A DNA stretch of 64,000 bases from positions 20,522,001 to 20,586,000 of the forward strand of contig JBHGNT010000007.1 in NCBI GenBank assembly GCA_043228905.1, read 5' to 3'. The DNA is from Azolla caroliniana. Its lineage: Eukaryota > Plantae > Polypodiophyta. A model generated the notes under the pieces. It was given only the letters and a program-made list of their open reading frames with translations, was not told the DNA's origin and did not search any database. Of this stretch, positions 45,196 to 58,021 are shown piece after piece (within the stretch, counting starts at the first letter, position 1; each line of letters starts with the position of its first letter). The position numbers and the translations under genes were made by a program.

Positions 45196-48144
45196 AACTG
45201 AAGGCAATCCGAGTGGACAATGGCAGAGAGTATCGTGGACCATTCGAGGAATATTGTCAAAATCAAGGAATCCGGCCCGAGTATACCATGCCGAAGATGC
45301 CAGAGCTTAATGGGTTGGCCGAGATAATGAACCGGACCGTAATGGAAGGGCCCGAAGTATGCTTGCACATGCTCAGTTACCAAAGACATTCTAGGATGAG
45401 GCACTGATGACGGCAGCATATGTGATAAACCGATCACCCTCAATACCCTTGGACGGTGATGTCCTACAAAGGGTGTGGAGCAGCAAAGACGTTTTGTACT
45501 GACATCTGAGGGTGCTCCACTGTCTTGCCTATGTGCATGTGGCAAAAGACAAAAGGGGAAAACTAGACCTGAAATCTCAGCCAGGTATATTTCTCGGCTA
45601 CGGTAATGATGAATTTGGCTATCGGCTATGGGACTTAACTGAGAAGAAAGTGATTAGGAGCCATGGCATTGTCTTCATGGAGGAAAAGACAAAAGTCGAC
45701 TAGGAGATTGAGAATAAGCCTCCAACTACCGAATCGAACCAGGTCGACGCTCAGCCGAATTGAGTAGAAGTTGATTCGATCGAAATTGAATCAGAGCCAG
45801 ACGGTCGATTTAATACTCAGCAGAATCGAGAACTGACTAAAGAACGAGGGGAAACGGGAAAACAAGGAACCGAATTCGACTCGGTCAAAGAAGTCGAAGA
45901 AGAACCGACCATGCCGAATGGAGGACGAAGATACCCCCTAAGAGAAAGGAGGCCCCCTTGAAGATTTCCGGATCAAGAGCGTAAACTGCTAACCGATAAG
46001 GGGGGGGCGGAAAGCTTTGAAGAAGCTAAGGAAGATACCCACAGCCGAATGTGGTTGAGTGCCATGCAAGAGGAGATGCATTCCTTGCATGAGAATCACA
46101 CATGAATTGACCGAACCGCCGAGAGGAAAGATGGCACTTCGGAATAAATGGGTATACAAGTTAAAACTGAAAGATGGCGAGAATCCACCCAGGTACAAAG
46201 CATGAATCATGGTGAAAGGCTTTCGGCAAAAGAAGGGTGTCGATTTCAACGAAATATTTGCTCCGATCGTAAAGATGACGTCAATCCGAACCGTGTTGAG
46301 CATCGCGGCCAGCATGGATCTCGAAGTCGAACAACTGGATGTCAAGACGGCGTTCTTGCATGGTGATCTCAAAGAGGAGATCTATATGCACCAGCCGGAA
46401 AGATTTAAGGAGAAAGGTAAAGAGAACCTGGTATGCTGACTAAGGAAGAGCATGTACGGGCTGAAAGCAAGCACCTCGGCAATGGTACCGAAAATTCGAA
46501 TCCTTCATGACCGATAATGGGTACCACAAAACGCAGGCCAATCACTACATATTTGTGAAGAAATTCGATAGAGGAAATTTTGTTATCCTCCTGTTGTACG
46601 TGGACGACATGCTGATTGTCAGACGGGACCATACGAAGATCTGAGTGCTGAAGAAGGCCTTGAGCAGATCGTTCTCGATGAAGGATATGGGTCCGGCAAA
46701 GCAAATCTTGGGGATGCACATTGTTTGGGATCGAACAAGGAAATTGTTGTGGCTGTCACAAGAAAAGTACATGACAAAGGTGCTCCAGGGATTCGGCATG
46801 GAAAGCGTGAAAGCAGTCAGCTCGACACAACCGACAAACTGCAAGCTAAGCAAAGAACAATGAATGAAATCGAGAACTGAGAAGACCGAGATGTCAAATG
46901 TTCCTTATGCCTCAACAATCAAAAGCCTGATGTATGCGATGGTATGTACCAGGCCAGACATAGGATACGCAGTCGGCGTGGTTGGCCGATATATGAGCAA
47001 CCCCGGAAGAGAGCATTGGACTACCATGAAGTGGATACTTTGGTCCCTAAAAGACACCTCAAATGTGTGTCTTCGTTTCGGTTCGGGTAACCCCACACTG
47101 GATGGTTATACTAACTCGAACATGTCGGTTGATGTGGACACCAGCCGATCCACATTCGGGTAGTAATGACTTATGCATGGGGAGCCGTTTCGTGGTAGTC
47201 GAGGCTACAGAAGGTCATGGCGCTGTCAACCATGGAAGCCAAATATATGGTCACAGCAAAAGCCGGCAAGGAAATCATATGGATGAAGGAGTTTATCGGT
47301 GAGCTGGGAATTCGGCAAGAGGAATTCCAACTCCATTGCGATAACCAAAGTGCCATCCACTTTGCGAAAAATGCCGCCTACCACTCGAGGACCAAACACA
47401 TCTAAAGAAGATAGCATTGGCTCCAAGAACGAGTAGAAGAAAAGGAGTTTGCTCTAGTGAAAATCCACATGGCCGAAAATGGATCGGATATGTTGACGAA
47501 GGTGTTGTCAGCCGAAAAGCTAAACGCGTACCAATAGAGAGCCGGTTTGGTGAAGTACCCCATCTCGGAGTGAAGGGGGAGTTTGTTGGGAAACACGTCC
47601 CTCTGGATGGGAAGAGAAGAACCGATTTGGGGAGTAACTCGGCCGAGCCCGATAGGCTGAAGCCGAAATCGAAACCAAAATCGATTTCGAAAACCAAAAT
47701 TGTTTCGGAAGGCTATAATAGTAAATAGTCTAAAATGGCTCTTGGGGGCTATTCTTGTAAATAGCCAAAAAGTTGCTTTTGTTTATAAGTAACTAGGGCA
47801 AACCTTAGGAAGGTGTAGTCGATCATTATTGTAAAGTTAGGACAAGGTAGTTGCCTCTGTAACTGTGAGTGAGATAGTGAGAGTGTAACTCTGTAGCCGT
47901 CTGTCAGATGAAGGAGAACTCGAGGTCGTTGCCTCTGAGTTCCGTATTTTTGTACTTCCTCTCCACTATAGTGATCTATTTTCTCAGGGTTTGTTGACCC
48001 CCGTGGTTTTTTCCATTTCAGGTTTTCCCACGTAAAATATTGATGTCTCTGTGGCTTTACCATTTTTTGTGTGTTGTACTAGTTCTTGCTTTTTTGCACA
48101 TGAATACGAACGTGAAACCGGTTGTGGCCAGTCGAATCCTAACA

Positions 48145-49063
48145 AGCAGCTAGGAGGAACATGGGTTGTAATAATGAGCTGAAGAAAGAACCAGCCGAAG
48201 CCAAGAGGAGAGCCAAAGAAGAAACTAAATCAACTAAGGAAGTCAAAACATCTGGTAGATCCAGAGGTAGCGGCAAAATTGAGAAGGACAGAGCCGATCG
48301 GAAGAAAAAGGCTAGGACCAGGACATGGTCGGATGTGGTCAAGGGCCTGAAGAAGGAGGACGAATTGGAGACAGCCAATTTGAACAAGGGCGGGAGCAAA
48401 TCGGAGACAACTAATTCGGTCGAGAAGTTTGATGGGAGAGCCAAATCACATAAAGACTAGACGAACAAGAGGGCAGCCAAAGCCAACTCCAAAACGAAGG
48501 AGTAGATGGGTCGAGGGGCGCCAATACCATGACAACAAGTGAGCTGGGCAAAGCCTGAAGGGTAGACAAGCCGACCGAGGAGGTCTAAGAGCGGAGGACT
48601 GAACAAGTCGAGGAGCGCGTGCTAGAAGACAAGCTAGTAGGAGGAGTTGAGGCGAGGAACGAACAGAACAGGAGGAACCTCAATTTGAGCTTGAGGGGGA
48701 ATGTTGAGAAGCAACTCAACATGGACAGGATTAGTTGAGTAAGCCAGGAGCCAGATTGGATGAAGACCGATCGGCTAGGACCAGATCGGATCAACGAGTC
48801 GGATCGGTGGAGAGCTGGATCCGTAGGGAGCCGGCAGGCTGTTTGAGGCCTATGCTCCTAGTTTAGTAGGTAGTTATAGTATTAGGAGCCTACATTCCTA
48901 TGCTAGTAAATAGGAATATTATGGGCCGAGTCAGTGTCAGACTCATTCATGAGCATTAAAGTATTGATAGTACTTGTGTAATCCCATGGTCAGGGCTTGT
49001 ATAAAACTGCTCTCTAAGCACACTTGTATGTACATATTATTGTTTTGATTTGAGTTTTAGTCT

Positions 49064-49134
<71 letters not shown>

Positions 49135-49226
49135 AAGTATCTTTGTGTTTTTTTAAGCTCTTTTTTCTGCTGTTGTCAAGTTGAGCCGGTTGTGCTCTGT
49201 TTAGCTTCCGCACGTAAATTTTTTCA
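48145..49226 (+). mobile_element. 3' end of a D-family Copia (post-RNase H region, PPT ~48690-48701, 3' LTR ~48702-49226 with long (CT)n)
   Basis: Homologous to the reverse complement of 27259-27680 and to the D LTRs. Confidence 0.7.
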
Positions 49227-50924
49227 TTAAATAACTTGGACATTATTGTCCCTATTTTGGTGGGTTTTCTGTACTGAAGCTAGAGGTCTAGTGTGTCCAT
49301 CGTATAAGGTGGTGTTGGATTATTTTAGGTTTTGATATCTAAACGTACAATTGGAGAAAAAGGCATTCTTGTTTGCTTGTCTGCATTTGACTTTTGTTTG
49401 CACCTTGTCCAAAGAGGTGATACCTTTATCTCAAGTATTCTCTTATGATACATATTTCGAAAAAGGAAATTGGCAAATGATGGTTTTGTGTTTGCAACCA
49501 ATTGAACCTTCTTTGATGGCACAAATTTGCCATGCTAGGGAAATCTATTTCCTTGCACAACATTGCAAGGAATGGTGAAAAATATTGTCTTGCCGAAAAC
49601 ATAGTGAATAAAGCAATAGTGATCTCAAAAGGTCGATTTCACTAGACAAAAAATATAGTTGGTAACTGTAGCCCTACAGAGTTTTAGCTAACTTACTAAA
49701 GGTAGTCATCATTTTAGAAAGGGTGTACAAAGTTATAGATGTATCTTCTCAAAATTGTATAGGATAACTTGTAAAATGTTCTCGAAATCAATTTGGAATA
49801 GAAAAATTACACTTTATGAACTTGAGAGGTTTTTTGAATCTTTGCACGCGCATAGTGTATTTTGGCTTTTACCAAAACAGTGTATATTCTTCTCATTTCT
49901 TAATTATGGCGTGGAATGATCAATCATGGAATTCTTTATTCCTTATATTACAATTACTCCTCTCTTTTTTATTTCTTGCGTAAGATGTTTGTGTTTTATG
50001 AACGAGTTCTCTTTATTTTTTGTTTATTGTAAGTTGTCCATAGAACATTAGAAATGCAATCAATGTTTGAAAGCCTTATGCTCAAGAAAAAGCACCCTCA
50101 AATCTTGCCAACAATAGCTCCCCATGGGTATATGCCAACACATGGTGCACTAAATTTGGCTTTGAATCATGTCATGGCTTCAATGGCTTCTCAAAGTTGC
50201 CTCTTCCTATTTTGTTTTTTCTTTTCGTTTGATTGTTGATGTGCCGCCTTTTCGGAAATATGCGGGGTAAGCTTTCTTCTAGGTTGTCTTTTTTACTTTT
50301 GTTTAGGCTTTTCAATTTAATGCAAGTATATTCGACTTTATAAAGTTTAACTTGTTCTAGCTTGTATGCCCTTAGCTTGGATGCTTCCTTAAAAATTAGA
50401 CCACATGATGTTGCCGATGAACTTTACGTACACTTAGCATAGGCCATCCTATTCTTTGGAGAGAGAGAGAGGGAGAGAGAACAAAATTTTGACAAGAACT
50501 ATGAGTTTGACCATGGATTTGGAGGGGTTTTCATAGTACTTTTTCTCAATCAATCAAAAAAAGAAAAAGAAAAAGAGAACTTGCTGGCTTGATCGAAGCA
50601 CCATGATTACATATGTATACGTGGCCACTCATTCAATGTGATGGTAATAGTGCCGGTGGGAGACCAAATGGATGGGACAATGCAATGCAGTCGAAGCTCT
50701 GGTGACGACACGAGGCAAGAAGGAGGGCAGTTCTCCTCATACATCAACAATGAGAGAATGTGATCATGAACTAGAGGAGATGGGCGGCAAGCGGGTGTCA
50801 TGCCCAATCACCAACACAAAAGCGAGTGTTTTCCATGTGGGGTTTAGAGGAGTGTTCGCGTGTGTTCGGCTCTCGGCTCTCGAGGCTTCAACTACTACCT
50901 TTTTTTTTCCTGTGAAACCCCCCT

Positions 50925-51430
50925 TGGCGATGATGTGGCACAATGATCTCCTACCGACGATGATGTGGCATGATGATCTCATGTTGACGATGATGTGGCA
51001 CGATGATCTCCCGCCAATGAGGATGTGGCATGGTGACATCCATCCCGGTGATGACGTGGCACAGTGACATCAGCACGGAGATAACGTGGCATGGCATGGC
51101 ACCGGTCATCGTGTTGATGACATGGCATGGTGACATCGCCCCGGAGATGATGTGGCATGGCACGGTGACGTCAATTCGTGATGGCGTGTCACCGATCAGT
51201 TGTCTTGAGATGACATGGCATGGCACGGCACCATCATTGTGTTGATGATGTGGCATGGTGACATCACCCCGGTGATGATGTGGCAAAGTGACATCGGCAC
51301 AGAGATGACATGGCATGACATGGCACCGTCATCATGTTGATGACATGGCATGGTAACATCGCCCCGGAGATGATGTGGCATGGCATGGTGACGTCACCTC
51401 GTGATGGCGTGGCATGATCAGTTGTCTTGA
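50925..51430. repeat. Minisatellite, ~30-bp GATGATGTGGCA-core units with ~222-bp higher-order repeat
   Basis: Cores at 50929, 50959, 50989 and onward; CAGTTGTCTTGA recurs at ~51197 and ~51419. Confidence 0.85.
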
Positions 51431-52718
51431 TTTATTTATTTACTTTTTCCCCCGGTTATTTTAATTAACTCTTTATTTTATTTTATTTTTCTCGCTCTGC
51501 TTTTTGTTTTTTTAATTTATTATTTTTCGTTTATTTTTTCTTCAGATCTGCCGGCCGTCCGGATCAAAATAATTCTGCAGAACAATTCCCATATAATTTT
51601 GCAGAACAATTCTTTTTGGCTCTTCATTCTGTTTAAGAAAGAAATCCTTTTGTTTGGAGTCGATCTTCATTTACATCGAAGCCTAATTGCTTATAATCAT
51701 ATTCGGGTTTGCTTCTAATTACTTCTAATCTACTCCTAATTACATCAAGTTTGCTCTTCATTGCGTCCAATCCCTCTTTATCACGTCAAATCTTCTCTTA
51801 ATCATATCTACAATTGATCTGAGGTTACAGTTGCTAATATCTCTGTTAATTGTGACTAGGATCATTAATCAGTACCGATCACAGCTCAGTACCTAATCAC
51901 TTCTGTTAATGACAATTCCGATCCCTAATCACTCGAAGACTTCTTGATTACAGCTGGTGATCACAATTGCGAAGGATTTTCCTATTATGAAGTGCAGACA
52001 ATTTATCCCTTAATCAAGAGGAGATGATTCTCACTCTGCCTGCTTATCCTTAAGTAATCATCTAACTATTCCTTCATAATATTAAAATACCTAACATTGC
52101 ATTATTATTCTGTGTTTCCTCTTAGTTCATCTATTATTATTCTAAAATCAAACCCTAATTCCATTTAACTCTGCTAATAGCAAAATGCTTAAGTCCATGA
52201 AAATGTACTTATCATCATAAATCCTACACTCATCAAGTTTATATTTATAATAATGAGCCCTAATCCAATAAGCATACTAATAAGAACTCTAAATTAGGTT
52301 AATTGTATTGATCAAATCCCGAATACTAACTATACTAACCAAAACCCTCACTTTATTGATTGCTAATCCAACCCCAATTTCATAATAACTAAAACCTTAA
52401 CTGTATTGAATACTCCATCGATTGTACTGATGAAACCCTGATTCCTTTCATTCATTATGCTAGCCAAATCTCTGATTACATTCATTATACCTGATTCCTT
52501 AATTCCTCTGATGAAACCCTGATTCCTTAATTCATCTAAGCAAATCCCTAAACCAACATCCAAACCTCATAAATCAGGAGTAATCAAACCCCTAATTTCA
52601 CTTAGCTCTACCAATCAAATTTTTACTAGTAGAAATCCTACTAATACTAATCCAAATCTTATTAACCAGGGATTCAAAAGGTTAATTAAATGGGACTAAT
52701 GGTGGGTTAGGACTTGGG

Positions 52719-54323
52719 ATGGATAAGGATCCCATAACTAATCCGGATCCATGGATGAGAAGAAGCCAGAATCTCAAGGAGCAATTGGAGATAGAAGAAG
52801 AGGAGGGCAACTCAATTAATGAATGGAGACCTGATGAATTGGATCACACTAATGAATCAGGTCAACCTAAATTCAGTCAATTAAGTCAAATTAAGTCAAT
52901 TCAGTCTAGACCCAATGAGTTTAGCCAAACTAGTTCAAGTCAATCTAGCCCTTCTGAATTTAGTCAGTCAAGCTTGGATGAATTGGCTCTAGTCAAGTCA
53001 AGTCAATGTAGACTTCAATTGGGAACCTTGATTGCCATTGACTTAAAGAATGAAACTAGAGAGAATATTGTGGATCATGCTAATCCTAATCATGGTGAGA
53101 TCCTTAGGAAGGATGATGGATCAAACAATTCCATGGCTAAGGTTGTGGAGATATTGAGAAAAGGAAGACTTGTTATGCGGTCATCGTCATTATCATCATC
53201 ATCATCAAGACATGTGGAGGGCTCCAAATCTAATGGCATGCTATTGTTAGCTACAAATACAAAGGCTACCACCTCTAAGAGTAGAGGTAGCAATGTATTT
53301 CTAAAGTTGATGGGGGTGATGGCATGTATGGGTAGCACCAAGGGAAAAAAAGAATGTTTAATGGAAGATGATGGAGGTTACGACCTAGTAGTCCCATGTC
53401 CTCTTGATGCTATCAATGTGTGCCAATCATTGGACACATTGCCTTCTACTAGTCCATCTTGTGACAACTCTCCACCCCATTACAATGATTCGACAAGTCT
53501 CGCAACAATGCAGGTATGCAATGTTGATGGAGAAGAAGGATCGACGAGATCTCTACACCCTAATCCAAAAGAAGAATTAATGAGGGATCTAAAGTGCAAT
53601 GCAATTATATCTATTGTGGCGAATGACATGGAAGGATCGACAACTTTGGCTGTAAAACCTAGTGAAGGAGATGGAGCAATGACATCTCGAAATGCCAATG
53701 AAGAGAGAGGATCAATGACTTCTCGAAACTTTGAAAACAAAGGTCAATTAACACTTGGTCTCTATCTCGGAAGGATGTGGGCACCAACAAATTCTCAAAA
53801 CCATAGAGAGGATGATGAAGGATCAACAAAATCTCTAAATTACCCTACTCAAAAAGATAAACTAACACTCCATTCTAGGAGTATGACTAGGGTGCCTCTA
53901 AGCATTAATGAAAAAGAATTGATAGCAAAAACTCTAAACCCTAATGAAGAAGAAGCATCGACAATATTTCGAAACCTTGGTGCCGAAGGTCAACTAGCAA
54001 TGCATGCTAGTAGGAAAACTAGGGTACCTCTAAGGAGTTTGTTGGATGAGTCCCGACAATTATGGTCGTCTTTTTCATCATTTTCTTCATCATCATCTTC
54101 ATCGACAATATGGGTGGGTGCTTCATGTCCATGGGACTCTTGGGAGGAGCCTACTAGTGCACTCGATCCCTTATGTTGTGTGTGCATGGTGGGGTTGAAG
54201 GGAGCTGCATTCACTTCTTGTGGCCACACCTTTTGTAGGAAGTGTAGTAGGGAAGTGTGGAAGGGTAGAGGTACTTGCCCCCTTTGTAACACCCGTATCA
54301 CTGGCATTCTTGACATCTATTAA
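52719..54323 (+). CDS. Intronless C3HC4 RING-finger protein (putative E3 ligase); true start uncertain
   Basis: C-terminal CCVC..KGAAFTSCGHTFCRKCSREVWKGRGTCPLC..I..ILDIY preceded by a SLL motif, typical of a plant RING family; 534-aa ORF. Confidence 0.85.
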   Translation: MDKDPITNPDPWMRRSQNLKEQLEIEEEEGNSINEWRPDELDHTNESGQPKFSQLSQIKSIQSRPNEFSQTSSSQSSPSEFSQSSLDELALVKSSQCRLQLGTLIAIDLKNETRENIVDHANPNHGEILRKDDGSNNSMAKVVEILRKGRLVMRSSSLSSSSSRHVEGSKSNGMLLLATNTKATTSKSRGSNVFLKLMGVMACMGSTKGKKECLMEDDGGYDLVVPCPLDAINVCQSLDTLPSTSPSCDNSPPHYNDSTSLATMQVCNVDGEEGSTRSLHPNPKEELMRDLKCNAIISIVANDMEGSTTLAVKPSEGDGAMTSRNANEERGSMTSRNFENKGQLTLGLYLGRMWAPTNSQNHREDDEGSTKSLNYPTQKDKLTLHSRSMTRVPLSINEKELIAKTLNPNEEEASTIFRNLGAEGQLAMHASRKTRVPLRSLLDESRQLWSSFSSFSSSSSSSTIWVGASCPWDSWEEPTSALDPLCCVCMVGLKGAAFTSCGHTFCRKCSREVWKGRGTCPLCNTRITGILDIY

Positions 54324-56100
54324 ATCTTCACACTATTGGCTACATCCTATTTCACATTGTTAAAGCCCGTCATGTTGACTTAGCCCATAGAGCTATCAAA
54401 TTTCTTCATTGTAGCAAAGCGTAGCTTCTAGCTCAACATCATGCTTGCTAACTCACCATTGTCATGATGCATTGAATTTGACACAATGGTCACTTAAGGA
54501 AAATGAATGTGATGTCATGTTGAGTACATGTAAATTCCAATTCCAGAAATAAGTAATGTTTCTATTTGGCCCAAAAATCTATTTGCGATGCAATAAAGTA
54601 ATCGTGAGAACCATTTATCGTGATGTTCATCTAATTTATGTAAGGATCAAATCATGCCAATGAGATGTCTAGTTTCAAATTGATCAATACATCAATGCTT
54701 ATTTTTAGAAAAAAATGCGCAAGGCATGTTTCGGCGTAGGAATCAATCAATAATTTTGCCCTCATGACACGATCAATTCAACTTCCACAGCAATTTAACC
54801 AAGAGTAATCTCTTGATACATTGATAAGGTCATCTTGTTGAAACAAAATTCCGTATGTCATGGAAGCCCAACTTGACATCAGCACAATGCACCAATACAA
54901 TTTCATAGAGCCTTATGTTTCGATGGCCAAAACCAAAGTTTAGTAATGGAAACAAATTTTTAATTGTGTTACTCTAGAATAAAGGTGTAGTTTGGCCTAT
55001 AAGTAGAGATATGAGGGTTTCAAGACCCAATCTAGAAATATGTAAACTTTTCAAGACCTAATCTAGAAATCCCTTACTTGTTAAGTGTTCATAGTTTCAT
55101 TGGATGATTATTATTACTTCAATAAATCAAATTGTCTCACGAGAGTATTTAATGAATTAGCTAAACTCTAGATCCACAAGTTCAACCCAATTATGAATGC
55201 ACATCATACAAGTTGCCTTTCACATCCCGTCAATTTTAGCAAATAACCATATGCCTTTCCACAATTTCCCCCCATGTGCGAAATGCATCATGATGTTGAG
55301 AGTTAGTTAGAGTTCATCCGATTGAGACATAAATCTACTACATTGATCAACTATATTTCTCACCTTTCTTATCATTTTTATTGATACGAAAGAAAATCCA
55401 AAACCTCCAAGAATAGGGTGTGCCTTCTTGAAAAATGTATCGTTTTCAAGAGTTCGAAACTTGCTATAACATGAGCTTGTGGGAAATTGAGCTAAATTAT
55501 ATTACGGTTTTTATGACTGCAATGTGTTGTTTTTCTATTCCATGTGGTAATTGTCATCACCGATCACCAAATTCACAAAGAAAAATATGTGTACATGATT
55601 ATAGATTTAAGGTTTTTTATTGTAGATTCAAGGCATGTAATACGCTTGCGGCTTAACTATACTCAAGTCTAAGAGTGAAGCATTACATATTTAGGGTACA
55701 CAAACTTGTATCTAGAAACTAGGTTTCGGAAACAATAGGATTAAAGTTTGGAAAGTTTTGATAGAGTTCATGTGATTCAATAAGAAATTGGGTTTTGATG
55801 AATGTTTTCGAAGGAGGAACTTAGACATGGGTATCGTCAACATAGCCTTCTTAGGAAGAAATATGAGATTCTAGAGTCACAATGAAATTGATAATCTGAA
55901 CATAAAAAAACTTTGCGAGCATAAATCAAAGTTGCATGTTTGATGTGATGGTGGAACAATGAACACTCCACAATTGTTGTTCAACAAAGCACATCAAGCA
56001 CTACTTTTGGGTCAATGTTCTCATTGAAACATTGCTTGTTTTGTCGATATAAGTTTGATGAAATTAGACACATTCATATTTAATTAATGCATGATAGATC

Positions 56101-56103
<3 letters not shown>

Positions 56104-56150
<47 letters not shown>
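56104..56150 (+). repeat. (CT)n microsatellite
   Basis: About 23 CT units. Confidence 0.95.
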
Positions 56151-56155
<5 letters not shown>

Positions 56156-57283
56156 AAGTTTTGACACAAAGTTGCAAATATCGCAACTTAATAACTTTGA
56201 ATAATTTTGGACAATGTTATAGCATAGAAAAAATTTGAAGAGTGCACATGAAAGTGAAACTCGGGGCGGCAATTTGTAAAATTGAAAAGAAAGCAAAAAC
56301 AATTGGATGCAAGAAGATCTCGTCTTTTCAAGAATAGTTATAATATGGTTTTCATCTCCCAATATTGAGGAAAATGCTTGAATAGGAGTGCATGACTAAA
56401 TAATAAAAGTGTAGTGCATACTTTTGATTTTCTACATACTACTAAGTGCGGATTTGAACATTCGATGAACAACCGTATTAAATCTATGGATTATGGATAG
56501 ACGAAACTAGGTGGGTTCATTAAAGTCAAGTTTCGCCTTCCCTTTTTATGAAGTGCCAAAACGTGTAAGTATATTCCCATGTGATCTCAAACTTTTAATT
56601 GTGTATTGCGAACTTTTCCTTGCTTCTTGTCTTTTTTTTTGTGAGGTTATTGACTTTTTGGACACACCACAACATGTTTAAAGGCAAAAGTTTTATCTTG
56701 GGGTTTGAAGTCATTCGTCACTTTCCCATCCACAACATATAAATCTTACCACGAAGTTACACACCTATTGGTTTCACACTAATTGAACAACATCTTGTGT
56801 CTCCCGAACTTTTATTATGGTAATGACCAATGTGATCTTTATGCAGTCTCCACTCTATAAGTACCGAGAACTTGTAAACCAACCATTTTCATTCAAGTCC
56901 AACTTAAGAATATTGTTGTGGCATTGTGTGTATGTCTCTGGTTCCATCAAGCCATCTCTTTGGTTTCCAACTTGAAAATAGTAACAAATATCAGATAAGG
57001 GAATGTTATAAATATCATTATGACATTTCTCTAAACGAATTTAGTTGTAGATTTCACTACATTTCAAAATGTAGTTGTTCGTGCTCTCATATCAAGGCTA
57101 CCAACACAAGGTTGTGGGTTTGAATCCCTATTATTTCACACATCTTTCTTTTTTCAAAAGAACATATCCTTCCATTAGTTTAAAAAGCATATAAGCTACA
57201 ATATACAAAATAGATGGACAGGAAGCGACTATCCTTCCCAAGCCCATCTTGTGTAAGACAATGGCTAGCCATGAATCCTTCGC

Positions 57284-58021
57284 TTAATAAATTTGATTGA
57301 GCACTCCCTCAAATTTCCCATTCTTAGCACATCCTGCAATTAGTGCATTCCAAGAGACCAGTTCCTGTACTAAAAGCCTGTTAAATACTACCCATGCCTC
57401 GGCAAGTGACCCACATTTAGCATACATATCTACTAATGTATTGCCAATGAAATAATCTCTTTCAACAACTTTTTGTACAATTTCCCTATGAATTTCATTG
57501 CATGCTAATGTAGCTCTAATGCTACCACATGGTTCCAGGTAGCAAACAAGTGTGATAGTATTTGGAGGGATGCCCAGTCTTTGCATTTGCTCAAAGAGGG
57601 AAAGGGTTGTCTCACTATATCCATGTTCCACATTTCCTACAGTCAATATATTCCATGAAATTGCATCTTTCACAGGAAGATCATCGAAAATTTCCCGTTC
57701 TATTGAGAGAAAACCACATTTGGCATACATATCCACTAAGGTATTGGCAATGAAGGTCTCACTCTGTAACCCTTTCTTCACAATGTCGTCATATATTACA
57801 CTACCCTGATTGATGTCTTTGGTATCACCACAAACTTTCAAGCAATAAACAAGTACATATGTATTTGGCGAGATATTATGTGTTTGCATCTCCTTCATGA
57901 GGTTTAATGCTTCCTCACCATGCTCATGTTCTGCATAACTAGTGATTAGTGCAGTCCATAAGATCACATCTTTGACTGGCAAGTTGTGAAAAACTAAAGT
58001 TCCATTCCTCACTTCCATCAT
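57284..58021 (-). pseudogene. Truncated PLS-class pentatricopeptide repeat ORF
   Basis: Repeats of W.ALI..YA.HG..EAL.L..M and NTLVDMYAKCG. No targeting peptide and no E/DYW domain; ends mid-repeat. Confidence 0.75.

Larger units (their letters stand above)
32375..48144 (+). mobile_element. 5'-truncated degenerate Copia element E (pieces 32375-32421, 44144-44642, 45201-47570; 3' LTR 47584-48144)
   Basis: Frame continues RLDDEGYTG-SIRNSVMKF across the gypsy insertion. IN/RT/RNase H remnants, PPT GAAGGGGGAG, TG...CA LTR. Confidence 0.85.

Noticed and set aside
57070-57135. SINE-like B-box GGGTTTGAATCCC (also a minus-strand GGTTCAAGTCC near 63000-63010)
   Set aside because: No clear A-box, tail or TSD; too weak to call.
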